A stretch of DNA of 64,000 bases from the NCBI GenBank assembly GCA_965208105.1, contig OZ242318.1, positions 2,464,001-2,528,000 on the forward strand, given 5' to 3'. Positions 49,125 to 58,730 of this stretch are shown piece by piece (position 1 is the stretch's first letter; every line of letters starts with the position of its first letter). A model generated the notes under the pieces. That model ran no database searches and was not told the DNA's origin. It saw nothing but the letters and a program-made list of their open reading frames with translations. The stretch comes from Candidatus Latescibacterota bacterium. Its GTDB lineage: Bacteria > Latescibacterota > UBA2968 > UBA8231. Both the position numbers and the translations under genes were made by a program.

Positions 49125-50240
49125 TCAAGTTGAAAGCTGCCGAATACATTCGCACAACAGGGGAATTCCTTCGCGAATGTCCTGCAGCGATGGCAAGCCG
49201 AAGGCAAGTCGAAGGCTCGGAATGTCTTCGTTGCGCACGTGGAACCTGGCACCGGAGGCGTAGCGCACATGGCGAGCGGCCGTCATTTCTGCCAGCCGCC
49301 GCCGATCGACCGAGTCGGGAAAGCTCAGCCAGATGAACAGGCCGCCCACCGGTCGCGACCACGTACAGCTGTCCCCAACACCCCGCTCGAGCTCGCCGAA
49401 GACGGCGTCGCGCTTCTCCCTCAGCGCGGCGTTGGTTCGCGCGCAGTGCTCCCACAGGTTGTCGCGGAAGAACCGGGCCAGGATCGACGCTGCCAGCAGA
49501 CTGTTGCCGCCGTCGTAGCGCCGGTCGAGAATCCGCGTCATCATCGGTGGCCGCGCCATGAAGTAGCCCATGCGGACACCGGGACCGAGGATCTTCGACA
49601 GCGAGCAGATGTAGACCTGGTTCGGGCTGTCGTCCAGGGCGTAGAACGCGGGCTCTTTTTCCCCTTCGAAATGCACGTCGCCGTAGCAGTTGTCCTCGAC
49701 GACGATGCAGTCGAACTGGCGTGCTACCTCGATGAGCTCGAGTCGACGCGCTCGCGGCATGACCGATCCCGTCGGATTCTGGTAGCTTGCCAGGGTATAA
49801 ATGAAGCGCGGCGGCGAGCCCTGATCGTGCAATCGCTGCAATGTCGTCTGCAGCTCATCGACCCGCATGCCGTGCTCGTCCAGTGGCACACCGACCATCT
49901 CGATGCCCAGTCTGCGGTACGCCCCTATCGTCCCGCTGTAGGTCAGCTCTTCGGTGACGACCACGTCGTCCTTGCCCTTCATCAATGCTTCCGCGATCAG
50001 GGTCACCGCCTGCATGGACCCGTTGGTGAGCGCAACCTGCTCCGGAGAGACATCGATTCCCTCGCGGTCCGACTCGCGTTGCGCCATGACTTCGCGCAAC
50101 CCGAGGTGCCCGAGTTCGCCAGGGTAGCGCACGAAGGCCTCTCCGACATCCGGAATCGCCGCTGCCGCGGCTATGGCCAATGCCTCGGCCGGAAAGGTCT
50201 CTGGATTGGTGCAGCCACTGGCGAATTCGAACTCGCTCAT
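49125..50240 (-). CDS. PLP-dependent aminotransferase class I/II
   Basis: TNGSMQA, YQNPTG, VEDNCY, SLSKILGPGVRMG, GGLFIW. Confidence 0.9.
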   Translation of the reverse strand: MSEFEFASGCTNPETFPAEALAIAAAAAIPDVGEAFVRYPGELGHLGLREVMAQRESDREGIDVSPEQVALTNGSMQAVTLIAEALMKGKDDVVVTEELTYSGTIGAYRRLGIEMVGVPLDEHGMRVDELQTTLQRLHDQGSPPRFIYTLASYQNPTGSVMPRARRLELIEVARQFDCIVVEDNCYGDVHFEGEKEPAFYALDDSPNQVYICSLSKILGPGVRMGYFMARPPMMTRILDRRYDGGNSLLAASILARFFRDNLWEHCARTNAALREKRDAVFGELERGVGDSCTWSRPVGGLFIWLSFPDSVDRRRLAEMTAARHVRYASGARFHVRNEDIPSLRLAFGLPSLQDIREGIPLLCECIRQLST

Positions 50241-50470
50241 GTCAGTGCTCTTCTTCGTTGATGTGATCGCAGATACAGGCTGCCGTTCCTGTAATAGCCG
50301 TGGTCCGTCGCGAACGAACAGTTTAAAAACTGGCGCCGAATTGGACAATACTCAAGATGGGTTGCCGGTAGCGTCGAGGCGTCGGATTCGAGTCGAGGCT
50401 TGACAAAGGCCAAGCGCGCGTCCCAATATTGACCACCGCCCAATCAAAGCCAAACAAGATGGAAAGCCAA

Positions 50471-52051
50471 ATGAGCGCAAAACCGTTTCAGATTCCGATC
50501 CGTCAACGCCAACTCTTCCTAGACGATCACGGAGTCGCCGAGATTCGAGATCTCCAGCGCACCATGCACCAGCCCCAAAAGAGAGGTGCGGTGATCGAAC
50601 CGCAGGATGGCGAGAAGAATGTGCAGATCCGCTGCGCGCCGGCCTGGGATCCCGAAACGCGCAGCTACAAGCTCTGGATTACCTGCGAAGGGGGCATGGG
50701 GCTAGCGGAAAGCGCCGACGGCCTCCACTGGGAGCGTCCCGTGCTGCGGGTGCGTGAGCACAAGGGTTCAGTGGAAAACTGCCTGGTGGCAGGACCGTGC
50801 GGCGAACAGGTAGTGTTTGACCCGCAGGAAGCGGATCCGTCGCGGCGCTACAAGAGCCTCAAGCTGCGGGGAGCGTCGGAACGGGTGGTGAGCCCCGTCG
50901 CCGACCACTGGAAGATCCGCCACAACCCATGGCGCCTGGCGTACCCCCGCGGCCACGTGCTGAACAATCCGCGCCAGTACCAGCTCAGCTGGGTCATCCA
51001 GGTCAGCGAGCGTCAAGGCGCGCCAGCCGGGGAGCGATTCGAAGGCATGGGTCGTTTCCAGACGCAGGACCTGGTGGTCAGCGCTGACGGCATCCACTGG
51101 CGCAAGCTGGACAGGCCCGGATTACCTACCGGCGATGAGGCCAATCTCAGCATCGACGATGAGGCGGGGATCTACATCGCCACGCTCAAGGAAGGGGAGA
51201 TGGGTCCGTACGGACGCTCGATTTCGCTGGCGACAAGCAAGGACTTCGAGCACTGGAGCGATCCGGGGCTGGTATTCCACGCCGACGAAAAGGACCAGGA
51301 GTTGAACCGCGAGGTGATCGCGGCGCGGTACGACAACCCCTCGCTAACGCACCCCAAATACAACGTCCCGGACGAGTATTTCGTCGACGTTTACAACATG
51401 GGGGTCTTCAGGTACGAGGGATTGTATATCGGCCTCCCAGCTTTCTTCCACCACACCGGGGACCGGAATGAAAACTCGGATGGTTTCCACCGGGTGCAAC
51501 TGACCTGCAGCCGCGACCTGCGTGCCTGGACCCGGTTGGGTGGGCGGGAGCCGTTCATCGGACCGTCCACGATCGAATCCGGGGCATTTGACCTGAACGG
51601 GATCATGCCGCCATCGAACGCAATTTTCAGAGGGGACGAGCTCTGGTTCTATTACAACGGCTCGAGGTACCGCACGACTCCTGCCGATGCCGACCCCAGA
51701 CATAGCGCCGCCTGTCTGGCTGTACTGCGAAGAGACGGATTCATCTCACTAGATGGCGGGGCGGGCGGAGGTTCGGCGTTGACCAAGTCATTCCTATTGC
51801 CGACTCCGTGGTTGTTCATCAATGTCGATGCGACGGGGGGCTCGGTCGAGGTGGCGATATTGGACGAGTTGGGCAGTGTTGTTGCAGAGTCGGAGGCGGT
51901 CAGGGGGGATCACCCACGTTACCCGGTGCAATGGAACCGCGGCGACCCGGCCGCATCGGTCAATCGTCCGGTGCAACTGCGCTTCAACGCGAGCGGGTCT
52001 TCGATCTACTCCTACTGGTTCGACGAGGTGCCAGCGCCGGCGCCCCACTGA
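50471..52051 (+). CDS. Five-bladed beta-propeller glycoside-hydrolase-like protein
   Basis: QLFLDD, AESADGLHWERP, DPSRRYK, SADGIHW, ELWFYY, LRRDGFISL. Confidence 0.75.
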   Translation: MSAKPFQIPIRQRQLFLDDHGVAEIRDLQRTMHQPQKRGAVIEPQDGEKNVQIRCAPAWDPETRSYKLWITCEGGMGLAESADGLHWERPVLRVREHKGSVENCLVAGPCGEQVVFDPQEADPSRRYKSLKLRGASERVVSPVADHWKIRHNPWRLAYPRGHVLNNPRQYQLSWVIQVSERQGAPAGERFEGMGRFQTQDLVVSADGIHWRKLDRPGLPTGDEANLSIDDEAGIYIATLKEGEMGPYGRSISLATSKDFEHWSDPGLVFHADEKDQELNREVIAARYDNPSLTHPKYNVPDEYFVDVYNMGVFRYEGLYIGLPAFFHHTGDRNENSDGFHRVQLTCSRDLRAWTRLGGREPFIGPSTIESGAFDLNGIMPPSNAIFRGDELWFYYNGSRYRTTPADADPRHSAACLAVLRRDGFISLDGGAGGGSALTKSFLLPTPWLFINVDATGGSVEVAILDELGSVVAESEAVRGDHPRYPVQWNRGDPAASVNRPVQLRFNASGSSIYSYWFDEVPAPAPH

Positions 52052-52169
52052 ACGCGCAGCCCCTGACGCCGGAATCACCTTGTCAGTCGGGAAAGCCCCG
52101 GCGCCCCGGTCGGCCGTGGCAGCGGTCGGCGGCTGTCCAGGTCGACGGATTGCTCGCGCGTTAGCGCGA

Positions 52170-52676
52170 TCAGCGCCGGTCAGGTCTGATGTACTGGAGC
52201 GGGTTCAGAGACCGCTTGCCCTGGGTAATCATGTAGTGCAATCCGGGGGCCCTGGTATTTCCGGATTTTCCGATCTTGCCGATGACATCGCCAAGATCGA
52301 CACGCTGTCCCCTCCTGACGGTGGAAACATCCAGGTGTCCGTAGGAGGTCTTCACATTGGCGCCGTGGTTGATGACCACGTAGTTCCCAAGACTATTGTT
52401 GGTCCCGACCCTCTCGACGACCCCGGGGCCGGTCGCGAGAACCTCGGTGCCCGGCGGGCCATTGAAGTGGGCGCCATGGGGCGAGCCGCAAATCGCCTTT
52501 TCTCTGGGCGTCGGACCCTTCAGTTTGCATCCGACGCCACCGTCGCCAACCGGCTTCGAGGCGACCGAGCATCCGGAATTCTTACGAACCGGCGAGCCGT
52601 TCGGCACGCCGCCGTTATAGGCAGCATGCGCGGCTTGCAAGAGGGCAAAAATGCTCAGAAACGAAATAAGTCGCAT
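52170..52676 (-). CDS. Secreted M23 peptidase-fold protein with degenerate Zn ligands
   Basis: Signal peptide; GTEVLATGPGVV, GNYVVINH, YGHL, GQRVDLGDVIG..GKSG; canonical HxxxD and HxH are altered. Confidence 0.8.
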   Translation of the reverse strand: MRLISFLSIFALLQAAHAAYNGGVPNGSPVRKNSGCSVASKPVGDGGVGCKLKGPTPREKAICGSPHGAHFNGPPGTEVLATGPGVVERVGTNNSLGNYVVINHGANVKTSYGHLDVSTVRRGQRVDLGDVIGKIGKSGNTRAPGLHYMITQGKRSLNPLQYIRPDRR

Positions 52677-53050
52677 TGGGCACCTTCCTAAGTTTCGTTC
52701 CTAAGATTTAGATATTGTGTGCGCAAGAAGCAAGTGAATCTTTTGAACTCGATTCGTACAGCTCAACTCGTTCTTGCGACTCTTCATATGAAATCTCTAG
52801 TGATGGATCGATTAATCTCCGTACACCGATTGCTTCAAGGGCTCCTTCTATTGTTTCCTTCAATCGAGACCCCCCGTTGTAGGAAGCCTTTTCCTAGGCA
52901 CAGGTTATGGTATTCGTCAAGCCCTTCCGGATATCGTCGTATTTCTTCCGTATTGGTAGTTGAGCAGCATAGAAGTGTATCTCGCCAATGCGTCTTGCGC
53001 TTTTCCAGGTTGCTTAACGATCAGTCCGTGCGGACGGCTGGAGTCCATGA

Positions 53051-53392
53051 TCAAGCTTCATGCTCCAGGGCAGCGAGGCGCCTATCGATCTGCTTCGCTT
53101 TCAGGAAGAAAAGGGAAGGGTTGCGAGACTCCTTGGATAGCTCAATCCCGTTTTCGCGTTCCAAGATCTCGATCTCCCTAACAAGCCCATCGATTATCCT
53201 TCCCGAAGAAAATGCACTGACGCTCAGCCTGCGAAGACTCCGCACCCGCTCTTTGGCATTTCCCGAGGCAATCTGCTCTAATCTGGAAGCCAGTCCCTTC
53301 AACTTTTCTCTTCTTCGATCCAGATCCCACATGAAGTACACGATGAGTGAGAGAGCGGCAAGAAAACCTAAAGCAGCTGTCATGGTTTGCAT
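53051..53392 (-). CDS. Hypothetical protein with N-terminal TM helix
   Basis: AAGGGG RBS; hydrophobic N-terminus followed by charged helices; low-GC patch. Confidence 0.45.
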   Translation of the reverse strand: MQTMTAALGFLAALSLIVYFMWDLDRRREKLKGLASRLEQIASGNAKERVRSLRRLSVSAFSSGRIIDGLVREIEILERENGIELSKESRNPSLFFLKAKQIDRRLAALEHEA

Positions 53393-53582
53393 TCCCCTTA
53401 AGTCTTATCAATGAAATAAACCCCTGATCATTGCAGGGGGAAAGACAAAACTGCAGGGGAGTAAACCCTCTTCAACAAAAAAAATTGGGAGCGGAATCAA
53501 CAGACCAATGCGCATTGTCATTTCAACGCATCAATCGCACAGAAGCGCATAGAGAATGCGTGCCCGAAACAATCGCTGCCGC

Positions 53583-55070
53583 CTAGAGGAACTGGAACGA
53601 ATAGAGACACGCGCTCCGAATTTCCAGGTGCAGACGCACGGGCTTCCCTTCCAGTTGAGAAAGATCCGCGTCGCCCCACGTTATTTCGTGAACGCCGCTC
53701 TCCAGAATCTGGCTTGACCGTTCGAATGAAAAACCCTCGATCTGGCCGCCGGACTGATCGGTTATGGAGGCGCGTACCTCGCATTCATCGAAGTTCATCT
53801 CTTCCGTCGGAATGCTCTGGGGCACCGACGCGTCTACGTCGATCAGCAGCTTCGAGCCTTCGAAGATGACGGGCCTGGTGATGATCCGGCCTTGATTGGG
53901 CCCCGCCAGCAATCCCGCCCAGCGGTCTTGTGGCGTCGTGGCCAGGTTGACGGTCATGACACAGCGCTCCCCCAGCCTAGTGGGATTGGCGCTGTGGGCC
54001 CCGCTGAAGCCGGTGTAGTAGATCCAGATCTGGCCGTCGTGCAAGATCGGTCCGGAAGGCATCAAATAGCCGGCATCGTAGGAGCCGACCTCGCCACGGT
54101 AGAGAAAGGGCATTTCGCGGTCCACCCAATTCCAGTGGAAACCATCGCGGCTGCTCATCAGGAAGACATCCCAGATCTGGTCGTGGGTTTTGTGGACCAT
54201 GAGAAAACCCAGGTAGAATTTCCCAAAGATGCCCGCGGTGAAATACTGGTACTGGTGGTCCACCCGGTCCTTGGCGTCGGGTGCCAGCATCATACGCGTA
54301 TCGGTCCAGTCTTCGAAGTCATCGCTTTCGGCATACCCGACAGTGCGGATGTGACGATGGCGGCCGATGTTGTCGATTTCATAAGCAAGGGGGTGGCCGG
54401 GTCTAAAGTATCCCACGTACTTCTCCCGCAGGTGATCCCACCCGAGAACGGAGTTTGCATCGGCAACGTTGGTAGGATAGAGCACGACAGCCTTGTTGTT
54501 GTAGGTCCAGTGGATTCCGTCGGGTGAGTAGGCGTTCACCATGCCGCCGGGAGGGTTGTGTCCTCCGGGGCCGTGCATCTCACCCTGGGCTTTGTAGCGC
54601 CGTTGGGGATCGGGATCACGCAGGTCTTTGAAACAATTGTAATAGCTGGGTTCGCCGTGGATGCCGAGCAGGTTGTTCTGCGTCGAACCTTCGAACTCGG
54701 TGATGCCGAGCTCCGGTTTGTCCCAATTGTAGCCGTCCTTCGAAGTTGCGTAGCACCAGGGCCGACGGCCCTTGTCCAGCGCCCACGGCACGTACCACAT
54801 CTTGAAGATTTCTTCCTCCTCGTCGTAAAGAACCGTCTGACCGACGATCTCCACGCCCTCGTTCTTACCGCCGTATTTGCCTTGCTCCCAGGGGCGATCA
54901 GCCACCATGATCGGGTTGTCAGCGCACTTGGCGGGTCGATACTGATAACGCGAAATGCGGCTGGCTTCATCGACCAGCAGATCGTCGACGAACAGCTGTT
55001 TGGTGCCGCCGATATCGGCAATGCCCGAGACCGGAGTTGACGCCGGCTCGAATATGGATCCGGTTTTCAC
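53583..55070 (-). CDS. Five-bladed beta-propeller glycoside-hydrolase-like protein
   Basis: KQLFVDD, FKMWY, YATSKDGYNWDKP, DPDPQRRYKA, SPDGIHW, SRDGFHW. Confidence 0.75.
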   Translation of the reverse strand: MKTGSIFEPASTPVSGIADIGGTKQLFVDDLLVDEASRISRYQYRPAKCADNPIMVADRPWEQGKYGGKNEGVEIVGQTVLYDEEEEIFKMWYVPWALDKGRRPWCYATSKDGYNWDKPELGITEFEGSTQNNLLGIHGEPSYYNCFKDLRDPDPQRRYKAQGEMHGPGGHNPPGGMVNAYSPDGIHWTYNNKAVVLYPTNVADANSVLGWDHLREKYVGYFRPGHPLAYEIDNIGRHRHIRTVGYAESDDFEDWTDTRMMLAPDAKDRVDHQYQYFTAGIFGKFYLGFLMVHKTHDQIWDVFLMSSRDGFHWNWVDREMPFLYRGEVGSYDAGYLMPSGPILHDGQIWIYYTGFSGAHSANPTRLGERCVMTVNLATTPQDRWAGLLAGPNQGRIITRPVIFEGSKLLIDVDASVPQSIPTEEMNFDECEVRASITDQSGGQIEGFSFERSSQILESGVHEITWGDADLSQLEGKPVRLHLEIRSACLYSFQFL

Positions 55071-55196
55071 GGTTTTTCTCCTCTTCTAGTTGCCACTGTA
55101 AAGCCCGCTTTGATTTCCGGGACCAGTGAAACATACCATTGCCATTGTATTGGTCAAGCGCTTTCCGGCGATCACCGAACACCCCGAACTTTTTGC

Positions 55197-55225
55197 TTGA
55201 CTTTGCCATTCGGGCAACGTAGGAT
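55197..55225 (+). promoter_or_regulatory. Sigma70-like promoter of the ankyrin operon
   Basis: TTGACT-17 nt-TAGGAT. Confidence 0.6.
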
Positions 55226-55231
55226 TCCGTT

Positions 55232-55357
55232 TAGTGCGCTGCAGAGCGCCACCCGTCCGCGGCAAGGGAATAACGCCCATCTGTAATCAGACCTTCTCGT
55301 ACCTCCTTTCGGCCTGTACCAAGCGGACAACGGGCACAATGCGAAAGGCGGTGCTGC
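55232..55357 (+). promoter_or_regulatory. Candidate structured 5' leader with an RBS-sequestering pseudoknot
   Basis: CCCGTCCGC (55252-60) can pair with GCGGA..CGGG (55323-34); CCTTTCG (55305-11) can pair with CGAAAGG (55342-48), which overlaps the SD. Confidence 0.4.
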
Positions 55358-56716
55358 ATGACCCCCTCCAATTCTCGTTCCGTCAAGGAACTCCCGTCCA
55401 ATCCCAGCCTCGGCCTGTTGGCGAACCTCGCCAAGGAGCTCCGCAAGGACCATCGATCCGGCGCCGGGGAGGCGTTTCGCCGGTTAAAGGCCGGACACCC
55501 GCGATTCGCCTCATTCACCGACTCTCAGCTGGCGACCATAGATCTCACGCTGCGCGATGCCCAGCTGGTCATCGCTCGGGAGTACGGCTTCGACAACTGG
55601 GTCGAGCTCAAGCGCCAGGTTGTGGCGCTCCTGGAAGGGGGCGCCGCAGACGTCGCTATGAAGGATCTGATCCAGGCGGCCAACAACGGCGACGACGCCA
55701 CTGTGCGCCGGGTGTTGGAGGACTTTCCGGAAATCATCGACGAGCGCGGCGGAGAGTCGACCCGAACCGCATTGCACTTCGCCTCCATGAACGGTCACAA
55801 AACAGCCGTAGAGTCACTGCTCGGGCGTGGCGCGGATCCGAACATCCGCTGCGAGGGAGACAACGCCACGCCGCTTCACTTCGCCGCGGAGAAGGGGCGC
55901 CTCGACATCGTTGAACTGTTACTGAGCCACGGCGCGGATCCGAACGGTCACGGCGATGTACACGGATTGGATGTCATCGGCTGGGCTCTCTGTTACGAAC
56001 GGGTGTGGGTCGAGGTGGCTGAGTGCCTTCTGGCGCACGGTGCGCGGCACAACATCTTTTCGGCGGTGGCGATGGGGGATACGGAGGAAATAACGAGGTT
56101 GGTGTCGGTTTACCGCGACGCGCTGGAAAAGCCGATGGTGGTTTGGGAAGAACGGAAAAGTCCCCTACATCTGGCAGTGGTCAAAAAACAGCCACTAGCG
56201 GTGGCCAAGCTGATCGAGCTCGGCGCCGGTCTTGAGATCACCGATGTGAACGGGCTCACCCCGTTGGACCGCGCTGCGCTAAGCTCCGCATCGGAATGCA
56301 CTCGCTTGCTGATAGAGGCTGGGGCGCAGGTCCCGTTGCCGGCGGCTTTCGGTTTGGGACAAGAGGATCGGATTGAAACGCTCATGAGCGAGGACCCCGA
56401 CTGCTTGAAACCCGGGGGAAGGTGGGAGCGCCTCATGGGCATTGCCGTCCAGTTTGCGCGAGGAGAGGTCATCGAATCGCTGTTGAGATGGGGTGCTTCG
56501 GTAGACCAGATCATCGATTCCGAAGCTTTCGGCACGAGGGGGTATACGCCGCTCCACGAGGCGGCCTGGTTCGGCAATATGGAAGCGGTCGAGGTGCTGG
56601 TTGAACATGGTTCCAGTCTCCAGGCCAAGGACGCGACCTACGACAGCACTCCACTCGATTGGGCCGATGTGGCCAAGCGGGAAAAGGTCGCCGAGTTCTT
56701 GAGGGGGCAGTCATGA
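55358..56716 (+). CDS. Ankyrin repeat protein with N-terminal helical domain
   Basis: LPSNPSL..L.NLAKEL...LRDAQLVIAREYGFDNW; multiple TPLH/TALH...GADPN repeats. Confidence 0.92.
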   Translation: MTPSNSRSVKELPSNPSLGLLANLAKELRKDHRSGAGEAFRRLKAGHPRFASFTDSQLATIDLTLRDAQLVIAREYGFDNWVELKRQVVALLEGGAADVAMKDLIQAANNGDDATVRRVLEDFPEIIDERGGESTRTALHFASMNGHKTAVESLLGRGADPNIRCEGDNATPLHFAAEKGRLDIVELLLSHGADPNGHGDVHGLDVIGWALCYERVWVEVAECLLAHGARHNIFSAVAMGDTEEITRLVSVYRDALEKPMVVWEERKSPLHLAVVKKQPLAVAKLIELGAGLEITDVNGLTPLDRAALSSASECTRLLIEAGAQVPLPAAFGLGQEDRIETLMSEDPDCLKPGGRWERLMGIAVQFARGEVIESLLRWGASVDQIIDSEAFGTRGYTPLHEAAWFGNMEAVEVLVEHGSSLQAKDATYDSTPLDWADVAKREKVAEFLRGQS

Positions 56717-56883
56717 CAAAAATACCGGTATTTTCAGTGCGCCGAGCGGCTCGACTCTACGCGACCAACAAAGATGCAGCCGCCGCGCTCGGAATCGACA
56801 TGCGCAGTTTTGCGCGCATCTGCCGACGCCATGGCATCCCAACGCCGTACGTGAGAAAACGGCGGCGCAGGCGCGAAGTTTGA
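56713..56883 (+). CDS. Small basic HTH protein (RWP-RK-like pattern)
   Basis: ATGA overlap with the ankyrin stop; RAARLYATNKDAAAALGIDMRSFARICRRHGIPTPYVRK. Confidence 0.7.
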   Translation: MTKIPVFSVRRAARLYATNKDAAAALGIDMRSFARICRRHGIPTPYVRKRRRRREV

Positions 56884-56933
56884 GTGCCAGCGCTGATCTA
56901 GACTGCCAACACGCCCCGTTTAAGGAGATGATC

Positions 56934-57076
56934 ATGTCCTCTCAAATGGTGGAAAACATCATTCCGATTCTGCCCTGTGGTGATTTTCAGGCCAATCTGG
57001 AGTACTATCAACGCGCCCTTGGGTTCAAACTCGAATGGACCCACGAAGATTTATTCGGCTGCGTATCCCGCGATGG
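56934..57076 (+). pseudogene. 5' fragment of a glyoxalase/bleomycin-resistance protein
   Basis: AAGGAG RBS; IPILPCGDFQANLEYYQRALGFKLEW...VSRDG, cut by R7. Confidence 0.75.
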
Positions 57077-57538
57077 ACGGTTTGGTTGTCTGTGGGCCCG
57101 TATCGGGTCCAATCCGGTACTCGATGAGGCCCTTCAGGACGCACTTCTCCCTACGGCTCTCGGCGCCGGGAGCGAATCGCGGATGAGATCAGGCGGCGAA
57201 CTCGAACTGCGGCTGCGGCGGGGCCCTCGGCGGAGGCACCGCCGGCAGCCCTACCCCCTCCAGATAGGTCCGGATCGGTCAGGGCGGCGACGATCCTCAG
57301 GCGCCCGCCACAGGTCGCGCATGCGCTGAGGTCGGAGGAAAACACCCGCGCCAGCAGGGCCGCCCACCCCAGGCGATGGGTGCAGGACGGAGCGCTCGTA
57401 TCGCCGTCCGCCGCCGGCTCGGCAACCGGCTTGGTCGGCACGATGCGGCCGCGGTCGCGGGCACGGGGGGCCAGGACCCCGTGGCAGCGCAGGAGATGGA
57501 GCCGGGGCGGGGGGACCAGAGCCGCCAGCTTCTCCAGC
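57077..57538 (-). mobile_element. ISCR/IS91-like remnant R7 (transposase C-terminal third, oriIS lost)
   Basis: LEKLAALVPPPRLHLLRCHGVLAP...WAALLARVF..D.SACATCGGRLRIVAALTDP. Confidence 0.88.
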
Positions 57539-58062
57539 GTCTGGATTGTCGGGTTTCCACTTGCGTCTGTGTCAAACTTTCCGTGGCAGTTCCAGTTGTA
57601 GATCAGGCGAAGGGAACGGACATCTCCGATGGCCTTTGATGCCAACAGTTCTCGAATCTTAAGTACGCAGGGGCTGAAGCGATAGCAAAATGCCGTATAC
57701 AGGGACACGCCGGCCGCGTCTGTAGCCGCAACCATCTCGGCGGCCTCGCCGCGATCCATGGCCAGCGGCTTTTCGCAGAGGATTGGCAAACCACATCGGG
57801 CCGCATCCAACACGTTTTCTTTGTGGCAGGGGGCGGGTGACGCGATGGCTACAGCCTCAATGCCGGAGTCAAAGAACATCCCGGCGTCGGTAAACGCTTC
57901 CGGTATGCCATGCGGCTTTTGCGTGCGCTCGAGTGCATCCGCTCTGGGATCGTAGATTGCGTGCAAGCTAAGTCCGTCTGTTCGCTGAATGGCCGGAATA
58001 TGGCCGTAGTCCGCAACGGTACCACAGCCCATCAGTCCGATGCGTCGCGGCTGTCCAGTCAT
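57539..58062 (-). pseudogene. Gfo/Idh/MocA oxidoreductase, 3'-truncated and fused in frame to the R7 transposase fragment
   Basis: IGLMGCG, LCEKPLA, YRF.P; the C-terminal domain is replaced after PTIQT. Confidence 0.8.
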
Positions 58063-58079
58063 GAGGTCTCCTCGCAGAA

Positions 58080-58132
58080 CTCATAGATGACCTGCGGCCA
58101 GATTAACCGGCCAAGTTCAGGTCATCTATGAG
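58080..58132. repeat. Perfect 15-bp inverted repeat
   Basis: CTCATAGATGACCTG-23 nt-CAGGTCATCTATGAG. Confidence 0.8.
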
Positions 58133-58153
58133 GCCAGCTTCAGTTCGCTGGGC

Positions 58154-58543
58154 TCACTCGTGGTCAATCGACTCTCGGTAAGAGCGCCAGCCCCTGAATT
58201 CGGTGATCTCTTTGTGCCCTTCGCAAAGGACGGGTTCGCCAATGACCCCCAATACGCGTTCGCCGCTAGCAAGTTCTACTTTACCGACACTGAGTCCAAC
58301 TGCTTCGCGGTTCAAAATGGCAACAAATCCAGTCGCTGTCAGTTGCCACACTTCAAGTGCTATGGCTGCACCGCCTTTGCTGACCCGAACCATGGCAGGA
58401 AACTGGTCGTCGATGGACCAAAGGCGGTAACGTTTGGCCGTTTGGTCGTTGCGAAGGAACTCACCACCTGCATCGAACATGGCATGGTTACTGCGCATAC
58501 CGCTCATCAATCCGCCGTTTACTGCAAGCAGTACTCGGTCCAT
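58154..58543 (-). CDS. Allophanate hydrolase C-terminal / gamma-glutamylcyclotransferase-fold protein
   Basis: LAVNGGLMSG, YRLWSI..PAM, LEVWQL, GLSVGKVEL..G, ITEFRGWRSY. Confidence 0.8.
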   Translation of the reverse strand: MDRVLLAVNGGLMSGMRSNHAMFDAGGEFLRNDQTAKRYRLWSIDDQFPAMVRVSKGGAAIALEVWQLTATGFVAILNREAVGLSVGKVELASGERVLGVIGEPVLCEGHKEITEFRGWRSYRESIDHE

Positions 58544-58589
58544 ATGCAAGTCTCCTCATCACTCTTTGCTAATAACCTTGGAGCCGTAA

Positions 58590-58699
58590 CCAGCCAGCCA
58601 CCGAGGGCAAAGCCGCCGAATGGTATTCTCCTCCGGGCCGCCAGGAGCCTGCATGACGCCATCCAACGTGAGGAAAGCCGTTGCGGTCAATTCACCCAT
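58590..58699 (-). pseudogene. 5' fragment of a RibD-C/dihydrofolate-reductase-family gene
   Basis: MGELTATAFLTLDGVMQAPGGPEE then frameshifted GGFALGGW. Confidence 0.65.
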
Positions 58700-58730
58700 A
58701 TGCCTGCTACCCCTGCAGTGGTTGTTTTGC

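Noticed and set aside
52047-52168. GC-rich imperfect palindrome as attC or ncRNA
   Set aside because: Core sites are not complementary and the pairing is what high GC content would give by chance.
52719-53414. 231-aa plus-strand ORF in the low-GC patch
   Set aside because: Antisense to a more plausible TM-protein gene, Ser/Arg-rich and without motifs.
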